Source: a virus
Virus record (IMG/VR): IMGVR_UViG_3300050015_000702
Direction: 5' to 3' (one strand)
DNA: 64,000 bases
Shown here piece after piece: positions 1 to 9,609 of this stretch (its first letter is position 1; every line of letters begins with the position of its first letter). The notes beneath the pieces are model-generated. The model saw only the letters and a list, made by a program, of their open reading frames with translations, was not told the DNA's origin and ran no database searches. A program made the translations under genes and the position numbers.

Positions 1-1
1 T

Positions 2-355
2 AGAGGGATTTTAGATAAAGCTCTAAAATCTAGTAGATTGCTAAAACCCTTTGCCAATACCTCGCTAAAATATCAGGGAACATATGAATTAGATTTTTTA
101 GAAAAATATTATAATAGTTATCCAGATATTAAAAAAGGATTTTCTTTCAGATATAATTATAATGGCAAAAATAGAGTCTATCACTCTGATTTTTATATTC
201 CTTCTTTAAATTTAATTGTCGAAATAAAAAGTTCGTATATTTTAACACTTGATATAGAAATTGAAGAAAAAAAGAAAAGTGTTTTGAATAGCGGATATAA
301 CTATATAATGATACTTGATAAAAATTATGAAAAAATGATAAATTATGAAAAATAA
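2..355 (+). CDS. TnsA-like/PD-(D/E)xK homing endonuclease, 5' partial
   Basis: Frame is open from the window start. YQGTYELDFLEKY...YHSDFYIPSLNLIVEIKS matches the C-terminal nuclease domain of 40309..41118. Confidence 0.7.
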   Translation, partial: RGILDKALKSSRLLKPFANTSLKYQGTYELDFLEKYYNSYPDIKKGFSFRYNYNGKNRVYHSDFYIPSLNLIVEIKSSYILTLDIEIEEKKKSVLNSGYNYIMILDKNYEKMINYEK

Positions 356-1157
356 GGTAATTGTTGGTAAGAAAATATTATTCATAGGAGACATCCACGG
401 TAATTCAGAGTGGGAAGATCTTGTAAAAGAAGGTCTAAAATCTTTTTATGAAATTGTTTTTCTTGGCGATTATGTCGATAGTTTTCACGTTCGTCCAGTA
501 GAACAAATTCACAATTTAAATAATCTTGTTAATTTTTTAAGCAAGCAACGTAAGATTGGTGGCAAAGTTACTGCTCTTTTGGGAAATCATGATTATGCTT
601 ATATCTATAATTATCCAGGTATAAGTGGACATAATTTTATTCAAGGACCAGAATACCGTAAGATATTCACAGATAATCTTGATTTATTTCAAATGGCCTG
701 GGGATATGCTAGTGCCAATACTGGAAGATATACTCTTGCCAGTCATGCAGGATTAACTCAAACATTTTGGAGTCAGTTTATGTTACCGGAAATGAATAAT
801 CCAGAAAGTACGGTTGCTCAATTAATTGCTGCTGAAGAAAGAGGAAATGGAAGTGTCGATGGCGATCCATTTAAACCGGCTCGAAAATTGGCTATTCATG
901 AGAAGCTAAATTTTTTCAGGGATAAAAGCGACATTTTATGGAAAGTAGGATCTGATCGTGGTGGATGGGGAACTCCCGGACCACTATGGGGGGATTTCAG
1001 AGAATTGCTTGAAGATCCATACGAAGGAATTGATCAGGTTGTAGGGCATACACCCAAAATTTCTCCTTCGGTAGTTCCAAACCAGAATGGATGTTTTTAT
1101 GCTTGTATTGACAATTGGGGAAATAAAAAAACAGCTAGCTTGATCGTCTCTTTATAG
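345..1157 (+). CDS. calcineurin-like metallophosphoesterase
   Basis: GDIHG, GDYVD, GNHD, SHAG and GHT motifs. Confidence 0.9.
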   Translation: MKNKVIVGKKILFIGDIHGNSEWEDLVKEGLKSFYEIVFLGDYVDSFHVRPVEQIHNLNNLVNFLSKQRKIGGKVTALLGNHDYAYIYNYPGISGHNFIQGPEYRKIFTDNLDLFQMAWGYASANTGRYTLASHAGLTQTFWSQFMLPEMNNPESTVAQLIAAEERGNGSVDGDPFKPARKLAIHEKLNFFRDKSDILWKVGSDRGGWGTPGPLWGDFRELLEDPYEGIDQVVGHTPKISPSVVPNQNGCFYACIDNWGNKKTASLIVSL

Positions 1158-1165
1158 AATATATA
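1157..1165 (+). promoter_or_regulatory. putative late promoter GAATATATA
   Basis: Recurrent GA(A)TA[T/A]ATA motif, here 17 nt upstream of the ATG at 1183. Confidence 0.55.
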
Positions 1166-1182
1166 AAGAAAACGACCTACGC

Positions 1183-2220
1183 ATGAAAGTTATTATAAGT
1201 ATTGATGGCGGCGGAATACGAGGAATTGTAACCGCCGCCATTTTAGATTACATCGAAAGAAAGATACAAGAAATTCAGGGGGATAATAGAATAAGAATTG
1301 GTAATCTAGTTGACTTAGTGGCTGGAACCTCTACCGGATCTATTGTTGGAGCTCTAATGCTTATTCCATCTGAAACAAGTCCATGGGCAAAATATACCAT
1401 GAAAGAAATCATAGATTTGTATTTTAGTTTAGGAGAAACTGTTTTTAAATCTGACACTAAACATAATTTTAAAACTTTGTGGGGATTAATTGGTCCACAA
1501 TTCTCTGCAAGTAATATCGAGGATCCATTATTAACTCAATTTAATCATTACAAATTAAAGGACCTTATTAAACCTTGTTTATTTACTGGCTACGACATCG
1601 ACAAAAGAATAGTCAATATCTACACTAACTCGGATATAGATCGAAAATATGCTGAGTATTATGTAAAGGATATTGTAAGAGGATCTACTGCTATTCCATC
1701 AATTTTTCCACCAGCTTATTTTAAAGAAGGAATTGACATTAATACTATTGTCGATGGTGGAGTTTTTGCAGGGAATCCTTCCATGATTGCTTATATTGAA
1801 GCATTCAAAACACTTTTTGGAAAAGCAGATAATGTTGCAAATTTAGATCCTAATCAAGTTCTGATGATTTCTTTAGGAACTGGAATAGGAGTTAGAACCC
1901 CATATTCATTCAATACAGTTAAACGTTGGGGAAAAGCTCAATGGTTAATGCCGGTTCTAAATGTCCTAATGTCCGCAGCAACAGATATTACCGATTATGA
2001 AATGTCGATGATGTTTAAATCTGTTTTGAGAAATGATAACTATAAAAGAATAAATCCCCCTCTTACCCATAATGTTCAACCTTCTACCGATGCATCAAAA
2101 GAAAACATGTTGAATCTGCTGAAAGATGCCAACGATTACATCGAAGCAAATAAAGCATATCTCGATTTAATTGCACATGAAATTTGTGATCTTCACTACC
2201 TAATTAAGCTCGACGATTAA
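1183..2220 (+). CDS. patatin-like phospholipase
   Basis: DGGGIRG oxyanion loop, GTSTG nucleophile elbow and DGG catalytic Asp. Confidence 0.92.
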   Translation: MKVIISIDGGGIRGIVTAAILDYIERKIQEIQGDNRIRIGNLVDLVAGTSTGSIVGALMLIPSETSPWAKYTMKEIIDLYFSLGETVFKSDTKHNFKTLWGLIGPQFSASNIEDPLLTQFNHYKLKDLIKPCLFTGYDIDKRIVNIYTNSDIDRKYAEYYVKDIVRGSTAIPSIFPPAYFKEGIDINTIVDGGVFAGNPSMIAYIEAFKTLFGKADNVANLDPNQVLMISLGTGIGVRTPYSFNTVKRWGKAQWLMPVLNVLMSAATDITDYEMSMMFKSVLRNDNYKRINPPLTHNVQPSTDASKENMLNLLKDANDYIEANKAYLDLIAHEICDLHYLIKLDD

Positions 2221-2231
2221 GAAAATATACT

Positions 2232-2258
2232 AAACCCCAGCGAAAACTGGGGTTTTTT
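2232..2258 (+). terminator. rho-independent terminator
   Basis: AAACCCCAG-cgaaaa-CTGGGGTTT followed by a T run, just after the patatin stop. Confidence 0.85.
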
Positions 2259-2399
2259 GTTGTGGGCTTAACATTGAAGTAACATCATGAATTCGTATAA
2301 ACCCTTAAAATACATGCACTTTCTTAGATATTTTCAGTCATATTTTAATTAAATTTTAACTATTTTACGTTATACCCCTTATCCACAAGAATACTAAAC

Positions 2400-2412
2400 G
2401 TATATATAAATA
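2400..2412 (+). promoter_or_regulatory. late promoter of head operon (contains the T4 consensus TATAAATA)
   Basis: GTATATATAAATA; TATAAATA at 2405-2412 lies 16 nt before the protease ATG. Confidence 0.7.
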
Positions 2413-2428
2413 AAAAAATAGTATTCAG

Positions 2429-4795
2429 ATGAGTCAAAGAAACGTATTGATCCTTGAAAGATCGAGCCAAAACCTTCAAAAGATAAGTAAAGAAGGAAAA
2501 GTTGTCCTAGAAGGTGTCTTTGCCGAATTCGGAGTCGAAAACAGAAATGGACGTATTTACGAGGAAAAGGAATACCTTCCACATTTGGAATATCTAAAGA
2601 AAGATATTGCATCAGGTAACTTACTTGGCGAACTAGATCACCCAGAACGTTTTGAAGTAGCCTTAGGCAGTGTTTCTCACAGAATTTCCGAACTTTGGTA
2701 TGACCAATCCGCTAGACAAATTAAAGGTAGAATTGAGGTTCTCAATACACCTAAAGGCCAGATCGCTAAATCTCTTTTAGAAGCTGGTATCCCACTTTCA
2801 ATCTCTTCACGTGCCGCTGGTACGGTCAATGAAGACAAAACCGTTTCAATTCAGCAAATTTACACTTATGACTTAGTTGCTAAGCCAGGGTTTGAGAATG
2901 CCCAATTGTCAACCGTTAATGAAGGTGCTAAGGCACGTATTCAGAGTCAAATTTCTAAACTAAATGAGTCTTACAGTAAAGGTGCGTCTCATAACGTTGC
3001 CAAGACTGAATTTGGTATAGTCAATGAAAATATTACTATTGTCGATTTAACTGACAAATTTCCATCAGTTAAGTTGAGGGAAGAGGCAATTGCCCTTCAA
3101 AACCCAAACGTTAAAAATAAAAGCGAGTTTAAAATGGAAAATGTTAATGAAGATCAGGCTCTTCAGCAATGGACAGTATTCTTTAAAAACGAGCTTAGCA
3201 AAATGAACCAAAAGTTAACTTCAATTGAGAACACTATTCTTGAAGGAACTAATGAAGGTGTTGCCAAAGAAATTGGAATTATTAAGGAATACCTTGAAAA
3301 ACTAAGAGGCGTTCAAGAAAAATCTCTTAATTGGACAGGCGATATTGCTAAAGCAGTTAACAAAGTTGCTACCTATGCAGACACTCTTGCAGAAAAGAAC
3401 AACGTTCACTACAAACTTACAAAGAAAGTAGTTGAGACAGTTGATCACAATGCTAAGACTTTAAATGCAACCCAGGACTGGGTAGGTAACAATGCAAAGA
3501 TTCTTAATATTGTTGCAGAAACAGTAGACCACAATGCAGAAATGACAAACGGTCTAAATGAATGGAACGGCCAAATTTCTAAGGCAGTTAATGCACTCCA
3601 TGAATGGGGTGGCGAAAAAGCAAAAGCAATTAATGGAATTCACGAGTGGACTTCATCTATTGCAAAGAATGTAAACGAAATGGCAAACTGGTCAGAAGAC
3701 ATGTTCGGAAGAGCAGTTAGCAAAGAAGATGCGAAGACTCTTATTAAATATATCGAGTTGGTAGCTGAATCCAAAAAGGATCCTGAACTCAAGGCAAAAC
3801 TTGACGAAACACTATCTAAACATGGGATCACCGAAAAACCATTAACCGAATCTATGATCACAGGAATTAAAGGAATTAAAGGACTCGGTGTTATCACAGA
3901 CGTTACTAAAATTGGCAACGAAAAAGTAAACACCGATGCTGGCAAGAGTGCTGGCGTAACCTTCGATGGTAAAACTATCGTTGCGAAAATGAATAAATCT
4001 AAAGTTGGTTCTGGAAACAAACCAAAGGCTCTAAAGACGATCGAAGATCAGAAAATGGAACCAGGTAAAGTATCCGGAGCTAAAGTAAAAGGAATTATGG
4101 TTCTTGACAAAATCAGCGGAACCCTACATTCTGTAAAAGGAACCTCAACAGAAGGTAATCTCAAAACTTCAAAACAGAACATGAAGCTTGATACCAAACC
4201 TGCTGGAAAGGGATTTATAACCGAAAAACAGGAAACTCCAATTCTTACAAAGGCACCCGCCATTAAAGAAAGAGCTTCTAAACTCGATGAGAAACTAAGT
4301 GCAATCATTACCAATATCGAAAAAGAAAAGACTTTGATTGAAAACGCGAGGGCTCAATATCCATTTATCGCTCTCTTAGCTGAAAGTGATAAGAAAGATT
4401 TTGCTGCACTATCAGACTCCGACAAAAAGAAGGTAGCCGCAGAAGTTAGCAAAAATCCAACTGTTGATTCTGGAACAATTAAAGGACTATGGTCAGCTGC
4501 ATTAGTTGAAAACAAAGTTGAAGAACCATTATGGTTAGCACTTGCTCCAAAAGAGTACAAAGAGCTATACACAAAGGCTTCTCCCGTTATGCAGGAATCT
4601 ATTAAAGCTAGATCAGAATTCTATCCTCTAGAAACACAGTACCAAATCATCAATTTCTGGGAAACTTCTAAGATTGCCCCAAGAACATCAAGCCTCAATG
4701 AGGTCTTCGTTGCTCCAGGCGTTAAGGGAGAAGAACCAAAAATGGACCCATTCATCGCTCAAATCGGTGAAGAAATGAAAAGGTATCAGAGATAA
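2429..4795 (+). CDS. gp21: T4 gp21-like prohead protease fused to a long scaffold-like region
   Basis: NRNGRIY, GELDHP (His), ISSRAAG (Ser) and TYDLVAKPGF in the first ~165 aa. Coiled-coil-like C-terminus. Lies directly upstream of the major capsid gene. Confidence 0.9.
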   Translation: MSQRNVLILERSSQNLQKISKEGKVVLEGVFAEFGVENRNGRIYEEKEYLPHLEYLKKDIASGNLLGELDHPERFEVALGSVSHRISELWYDQSARQIKGRIEVLNTPKGQIAKSLLEAGIPLSISSRAAGTVNEDKTVSIQQIYTYDLVAKPGFENAQLSTVNEGAKARIQSQISKLNESYSKGASHNVAKTEFGIVNENITIVDLTDKFPSVKLREEAIALQNPNVKNKSEFKMENVNEDQALQQWTVFFKNELSKMNQKLTSIENTILEGTNEGVAKEIGIIKEYLEKLRGVQEKSLNWTGDIAKAVNKVATYADTLAEKNNVHYKLTKKVVETVDHNAKTLNATQDWVGNNAKILNIVAETVDHNAEMTNGLNEWNGQISKAVNALHEWGGEKAKAINGIHEWTSSIAKNVNEMANWSEDMFGRAVSKEDAKTLIKYIELVAESKKDPELKAKLDETLSKHGITEKPLTESMITGIKGIKGLGVITDVTKIGNEKVNTDAGKSAGVTFDGKTIVAKMNKSKVGSGNKPKALKTIEDQKMEPGKVSGAKVKGIMVLDKISGTLHSVKGTSTEGNLKTSKQNMKLDTKPAGKGFITEKQETPILTKAPAIKERASKLDEKLSAIITNIEKEKTLIENARAQYPFIALLAESDKKDFAALSDSDKKKVAAEVSKNPTVDSGTIKGLWSAALVENKVEEPLWLALAPKEYKELYTKASPVMQESIKARSEFYPLETQYQIINFWETSKIAPRTSSLNEVFVAPGVKGEEPKMDPFIAQIGEEMKRYQR

Positions 4796-4865
4796 TTGCG
4801 ACGCTATGTCCCTATTTCAATGAACCGTTAAAAAATAAATAAATAAAAATAAATAATTTTTCAAA

Positions 4866-6620
4866 ATGAAACAATTAAACGAACAACAAATCGTAGAAAA
4901 ATGGAGTCCTATGATTGAGTCTACAACCGGTCTTAAAGATAAGTCAAGACTTAATTGGATTTCTAAATACGCTCATTTTCACGCCTTAAACGAGGCTGAC
5001 ATGGGTGGTGTATCTGCACCATATGCAACTCTATTCAATGTTCCTGGCGTTGGTAATGCTCAGCCTGCTTCTCAGGCAGCTACAACTGGTAACCAGTTCT
5101 ATCAGCAAGGTACAAAGGGTTCAGGTGACAAATGGCCTGCACTTCTTCCAATGGCTCTTCAGGTTGCTGCAAGAACAGTTGGTTTCGACATCGTTAACGT
5201 AATTCCTATGGCTGGTCCAACTGGCGTAGTTTCTTACCTTGATTATGTATACGCTGGTGGAAAACAGCCTTATGGCGCTCCTCCTGCTCACGATCCAAAC
5301 TCAGCTAACCCTCCTTATTTCCAGGGAAGCAACGCAACCGGAAAATTTGAAGCTCCACTTGCATTCAAAATCCAGCTAAAAGCTGTTGATGCTTCTGCAG
5401 TTGTAGCCGGACTTTACAATGGTGAAGTTGTTACATTCCAGAATGGCGGACCTTCAATTCAGGTTACAGCTACTTATATTGGAAAATCACGTATTGATGG
5501 TTTTGCAATGTTTAAAACAGGCGCTTTCACAGGAACAACCAAGAACTTAGCAGAAGTATTTGATGGCTCAGCTATCATCGTTTCTGACACATCAGTTGGT
5601 GGTGTTGTTACTACTTACCCAACCTTAGTTTCTACTCTTGAAGATCAGATCCAGGGATTCACTGGCGCTGGCGAACAGGACAATAACGCATGGCAGGGAA
5701 CATTCGTATCAGGTACAACCCTTTACGAACCTATGGAAAGAGGCGTTGGTGAAATGCAGTACCCAAGGGCTTTAGGTCTTCAGGTATTCACCAAATTCGT
5801 TACCGTTGGAACTTACCAGGTATCAGTTTCTGTAACTCAGGAACAAATTCAGGACCTTAACAAACAGTGGGGTATTGATGTTATCGCAATGGTAGAAAAC
5901 GCTGGTATCAACGAAATCAGCCAGTCAATTAACAAACACATCCTTTCAAGATTATTCGGTCTAGGATGGAAGAACCACCTTAGAGCTTACAATGCTGAAG
6001 CTATTAACCTTAACTTCAGAGTAGACTCATCAGCTGACGGCGTAACTGCTGCTTATGCTTATCCAGATGGCGACACCACTTTCTCAACCGCAACAATGAT
6101 CATCCCAGGTTATAGAAGCTATGGCCCAGCTAACACTGGATCATTCGAAAACCAGGATACAGCTATCAAGAGAATTATGGCTCTTATACTAGCTGGTGGA
6201 AACGTTATTATGCAACGTGGTCGTAGAGGCCCAGCTAACTTTATCGTTACAAACATAAAGATTGCTACCGCTCTTCAGACAAACGCACAGTACACATTCT
6301 CCCCAATCGCTAACACATTCAACCAGAATAACGGATCTCTTTATCCACTCGGAACCATCGCAGGAATGACATTATATGTTGATCCTAACATGATGTACGA
6401 AGACACAAGAGTACTTATCGGAAGAAAAGGTGCTAGTGACGAACCAGGAACAGTATTCTGCCCATACTTAATGGCTGAATCAGTAAAACTCATCACCGAA
6501 GGAACAGGTGCTCCAAAGGTAATCATCAAATCAAGATACGCTCTTGTAGATGCAGGTTTCCATCCTGAGACCCAGTATCTCTGCTTGTACATCAAGACAA
6601 ACGCAGGTGCATTACTTTAA
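4866..6620 (+). CDS. gp23: major capsid protein, T4 gp23-like
   Basis: EKWSPMIE N-terminus, VIPMAGPTG, QEQIQDL, EISQSINK, GxIAGMTLYVDP, FCPY and KSRYAL motifs of the gp23 family. Confidence 0.92.
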   Translation: MKQLNEQQIVEKWSPMIESTTGLKDKSRLNWISKYAHFHALNEADMGGVSAPYATLFNVPGVGNAQPASQAATTGNQFYQQGTKGSGDKWPALLPMALQVAARTVGFDIVNVIPMAGPTGVVSYLDYVYAGGKQPYGAPPAHDPNSANPPYFQGSNATGKFEAPLAFKIQLKAVDASAVVAGLYNGEVVTFQNGGPSIQVTATYIGKSRIDGFAMFKTGAFTGTTKNLAEVFDGSAIIVSDTSVGGVVTTYPTLVSTLEDQIQGFTGAGEQDNNAWQGTFVSGTTLYEPMERGVGEMQYPRALGLQVFTKFVTVGTYQVSVSVTQEQIQDLNKQWGIDVIAMVENAGINEISQSINKHILSRLFGLGWKNHLRAYNAEAINLNFRVDSSADGVTAAYAYPDGDTTFSTATMIIPGYRSYGPANTGSFENQDTAIKRIMALILAGGNVIMQRGRRGPANFIVTNIKIATALQTNAQYTFSPIANTFNQNNGSLYPLGTIAGMTLYVDPNMMYEDTRVLIGRKGASDEPGTVFCPYLMAESVKLITEGTGAPKVIIKSRYALVDAGFHPETQYLCLYIKTNAGALL

Positions 6621-6648
6621 TAGTTAATCAGTTAGCTAGATAAAACAG

Positions 6649-6677
6649 AAAGGAGAGAATTAATTCTCTCCTTTTTT
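6649..6677. terminator. bidirectional terminator between the capsid gene and the convergent endonuclease
   Basis: Perfect palindrome AAAGGAGAGAATTAATTCTCTCCTTT with a T tail. Confidence 0.75.
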
Positions 6678-7331
6678 ATTGTTCCAAACATTCTGCATTT
6701 TATGACAAAATTCTGCATATTTTATTTGACCCTCATCGATACCATATTGCTCTATAAAGCATTCAATAGTATTCGTAGGTCCTTTTCTTTTTCTAGCTTC
6801 TTTAATACTTTCAATAAAAATATTATATCGTCTATTCCCCTCTTCTTCTCCCCATTTTTCAATATATGTTGATAATCTAGTTCTTCCAGTTCTTTTTTCT
6901 TTCATATCTCCAAGATACTTTTCATATTTTTTCATTCCAATTTCTTCCCCGTATCTTTTTATATAGTGATCCCGGTTAGATCTCCCTTTGAGAGAATTTC
7001 CAATTTTATCTTTTGTTTTTCGAGAATGAGAATAACCTTGAAGCGTACTTCCTCCTTCGGTCATATTATACCCAAATCCAAAGGATCCAAATTGATTTAC
7101 ATAAAAAATTTCTTTATCATCTAATTCTTTAGCCGGTATTTCGCTTTCCAATATTTTCCATTTAAAATTGGATTCCCCATACTTACGTAAAGCCTCATAA
7201 AATCTATTTGGCAAATTATATTTAAAAGCATTATCTAAATGTTTTTGTTTCCTTAACTTTAACGATACAACAGTCTGGCCAATATATTTTTTTCCATTCT
7301 GAAGATTTTCGGCACAATAAATTATTCCCAT
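6660..7331 (-). CDS. GIY-YIG homing endonuclease
   Basis: GIIY...KKYIGQT, ALRKYG, GYNMTEGG and NUMOD3-like HSRKTKDKIG. Confidence 0.88.
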   Translation of the reverse strand: MGIIYCAENLQNGKKYIGQTVVSLKLRKQKHLDNAFKYNLPNRFYEALRKYGESNFKWKILESEIPAKELDDKEIFYVNQFGSFGFGYNMTEGGSTLQGYSHSRKTKDKIGNSLKGRSNRDHYIKRYGEEIGMKKYEKYLGDMKEKRTGRTRLSTYIEKWGEEEGNRRYNIFIESIKEARKRKGPTNTIECFIEQYGIDEGQIKYAEFCHKMQNVWNNKKGEN

Positions 7332-7418
7332 AGTATCTTTATTTTATCCCAATACATTACTTATACTATTTATCAACAAAAAGTTTCAAAAATATTTTTT
7401 TACTACGGAAGTATTTCG

Positions 7419-7426
7419 TATATTTG
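7419..7426 (+). promoter_or_regulatory. Bacteroidota-type -7 promoter element (TAnnTTTG)
   Basis: TATATTTG 23 nt upstream of the ATG at 7450. The -33 region reads TTTT rather than TTTG. Confidence 0.5.
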
Positions 7427-7449
7427 TCTTGTAATCAAAAAAGAAAAAG

Positions 7450-7815
7450 ATGAAAGAGATTGAAAACAAAATCAAAGAATTTCTGAAATTATCAAAGGAA
7501 AAACCTGAAGATTGGGATCTCGTTACCGAACATATGCGTAAGCAGGATAAAATGATGGACGAACTTACCGAAATGTCAAGAGAAAAGAAAACTCTTCTTG
7601 GTCGTACCATAAAATTCAGTGTTGCTGATGGTCATGCAGTTTATGTCGTTACCAAAGTTGGTCCGACTTCAGTTAAACTTTCCTGGATTGATTATTGCGA
7701 CGGATATTGTGACAGACATTACGGAGAACGTGGTGGAAGTATGAAAATCCGCGAAGCTCAAGCTCACGCATCTTTTGAAGACATGCTGGATAATATGAGT
7801 AAATGTAAAAAATAA
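7450..7815 (+). CDS. hypothetical protein (probable early gene)
   Basis: 121-aa ORF with an A-rich leader, downstream of a host-type promoter. Confidence 0.75.
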   Translation: MKEIENKIKEFLKLSKEKPEDWDLVTEHMRKQDKMMDELTEMSREKKTLLGRTIKFSVADGHAVYVVTKVGPTSVKLSWIDYCDGYCDRHYGERGGSMKIREAQAHASFEDMLDNMSKCKK

Positions 7816-7964
7816 TGGACGAAAAATTAATTGAAGAAATCATTTTAAAGCTTGACGAATACGCAAGAGATTACGACAATTATGATTATGGCTTGCCTCT
7901 CCATGATGAACACATGGATAAAATGAAAGCCATAATTCAGGAAATCATAAAAAAAGGAGCTTAA
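7815..7964 (+). CDS. small hypothetical protein (49 aa, not in ORF track)
   Basis: TAATG stop/start overlap with the upstream gene. Reads MDEKLIEEIILKLDEYARDYDNYDYGLPLHDEHMDKMKAIIQEIIKKGA. Confidence 0.7.
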   Translation: MDEKLIEEIILKLDEYARDYDNYDYGLPLHDEHMDKMKAIIQEIIKKGA

Positions 7965-7975
7965 AGCTCCTTTTT
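7951..7975. terminator. bidirectional terminator at convergent gene ends
   Basis: AAAAAGGAGCT-TAA-AGCTCCTTTTT. Confidence 0.75.
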
Positions 7976-8644
7976 CCATTCAATTGGTTGTCCTACGAAA
8001 GTTTTGTCCGGATTTCTAACCTTAAATAACTTTTCATTGCCTGTTAATCTTAATTCCTTAAGATCTGCAATGTGAGCTATATGAGTATTAATTACTCTCG
8101 GCCAAATATATTTCCATAGGAATGGCTGGTCGGTATTAAAATATTTTCCTCTGGGCTTATAAACATCCTGGAAAGTAAGACTTTCAAGATATTCATTAAG
8201 CATATCATCATATTGAAATTTAATCTTATCAATAAATTTGGAGGTAGCTCCCCACATCCCTCCGCATATTGGAGCATTATGCATTGGATTGTCTCTCATG
8301 ATATGAAATTCTTTTCCGCTTTCTTCCCATTCTCTAACTGCATCAGCTTCTCTTGGATTTAATCTCGAATCTGCATCACGTACGATAAATCTTTCTATGG
8401 AATCATCCTTAAGGGGTTCAAATCTCCAGAATAGACCATAACATCCATCGGATTTATCCATGATGACCGTCTCAGCTCCCTCTTGTTCCATACGCTCAAC
8501 GATATTTTGAGGCACTGTTTCATCCATATAAAACCTACACGTCCAGCCTGGGTAATATTTAGGTGCTAGAACGAGATTCTCGTACGCGGCTTCAGCATAC
8601 TTGGGATTTTTGCCCCAAACTGAAAAAGAAATTATTTTATTCAT
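7961..8644 (-). CDS. putative glycosyltransferase-like protein (DxD)
   Basis: KIISFSVWG...FWRF...IVRDADSRL...RD.PxH...ICGGMWG...DQxFL pattern, typical of GT-A-like proteins in viral glycan clusters. Confidence 0.6.
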   Translation of the reverse strand: MNKIISFSVWGKNPKYAEAAYENLVLAPKYYPGWTCRFYMDETVPQNIVERMEQEGAETVIMDKSDGCYGLFWRFEPLKDDSIERFIVRDADSRLNPREADAVREWEESGKEFHIMRDNPMHNAPICGGMWGATSKFIDKIKFQYDDMLNEYLESLTFQDVYKPRGKYFNTDQPFLWKYIWPRVINTHIAHIADLKELRLTGNEKLFKVRNPDKTFVGQPIEWKKEL

Positions 8645-8826
8645 ACTCTAAATTCTAATATTATTTTTTGTTTGCATTTTAAACACTCTTTGTATTCTAT
8701 TCCATTTGTGGGATCCCGAACATAAGTCCAATCACATTCAGTTGCGCAAGGAAATATTTTGGGTTCCTCGGGAAAGTAATCACTCATTTCAGCAATTATT
8801 CCTACATTACCAACTAAAGTTATCAT
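8641..8826 (-). CDS. small Cys-rich hypothetical protein
   Basis: Overlapping stop/start with both neighbours; CxxC motif. Confidence 0.55.
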   Translation of the reverse strand: MITLVGNVGIIAEMSDYFPEEPKIFPCATECDWTYVRDPTNGIEYKECLKCKQKIILEFRV

Positions 8827-9608
8827 AGTTTTTTAAATTCTTCAATAATTCTTTTTTCCCAATAACTCATATAAAGCATCTCAGCATTGATTTCGATAGG
8901 TTTTTCTAATAAATCCGGAGTTATTTCATCCCAACTATTTACTTGTATGATGGGAAGATTGTAATTTTTATAAATTTGATGTCGGAGAGTAATGGGGATA
9001 CATCCTAAATATAGAGACTCCCATAATCTATGAGTATCTATTCCATTACCCCGGGGACATATAACAAACTTATTTTTAGACATATTAATGCAATAAGTTT
9101 CGAAACTAAGTCCAGATTCTTCAATAATTGGTAAATTATTTTTTTTAAGTATCGAACTAATTATACCCCGACTGGGATTTGTAGAAGAATTCCAATTACA
9201 ATATAATGTTAATTTTTTTTCTGATTTTTGTAATTCATTTAAATTTTCTTCTAACCATTTATGATTTGTAAATTTTCCTTTAGAACTTCCTATGTGATTT
9301 TCAAGTCCTATTGGAACAGAGATTAAATCGGGATTATTGTATATTGCATTTTCGGCAAACCATTTTTTAATGCTATTTGGTTTTAATGAAAATCTCATTA
9401 CATCTATGGGATAATCCGACATATGGGTTATCAAAATATATTTTTTTCCAAAAACCCCTAAATGATTAAATAATTGGGGGATAAAATCGGTTTTGCAATA
9501 AATTATAGCATTATTTCGTAACATTTCTGTTGAAAAAATGGAACGATCTAAATCAATAGCAAAATTTGAGATCTCAGAAAATTTATATCCGTTAATATAA
9601 TCCAGCAT
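8823..9608 (-). CDS. exostosin-like (GT47) glycosyltransferase-domain protein
   Basis: KFVICPRGNGIDTHRLWESLYLGCIPI signature. Confidence 0.75.
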   Translation of the reverse strand: MLDYINGYKFSEISNFAIDLDRSIFSTEMLRNNAIIYCKTDFIPQLFNHLGVFGKKYILITHMSDYPIDVMRFSLKPNSIKKWFAENAIYNNPDLISVPIGLENHIGSSKGKFTNHKWLEENLNELQKSEKKLTLYCNWNSSTNPSRGIISSILKKNNLPIIEESGLSFETYCINMSKNKFVICPRGNGIDTHRLWESLYLGCIPITLRHQIYKNYNLPIIQVNSWDEITPDLLEKPIEINAEMLYMSYWEKRIIEEFKKL

Positions 9609-9609
9609 C

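Noticed and set aside
1183-2220. CBASS system (CapV-like effector)
   Set aside because: No CD-NTase or Cap2/Cap3 gene is nearby.
2379-2387. Perfect DnaA box TTATCCACA next to an AT-rich stretch
   Set aside because: It is a single copy. About one such 9-mer is expected by chance in this window, and there is no box cluster.
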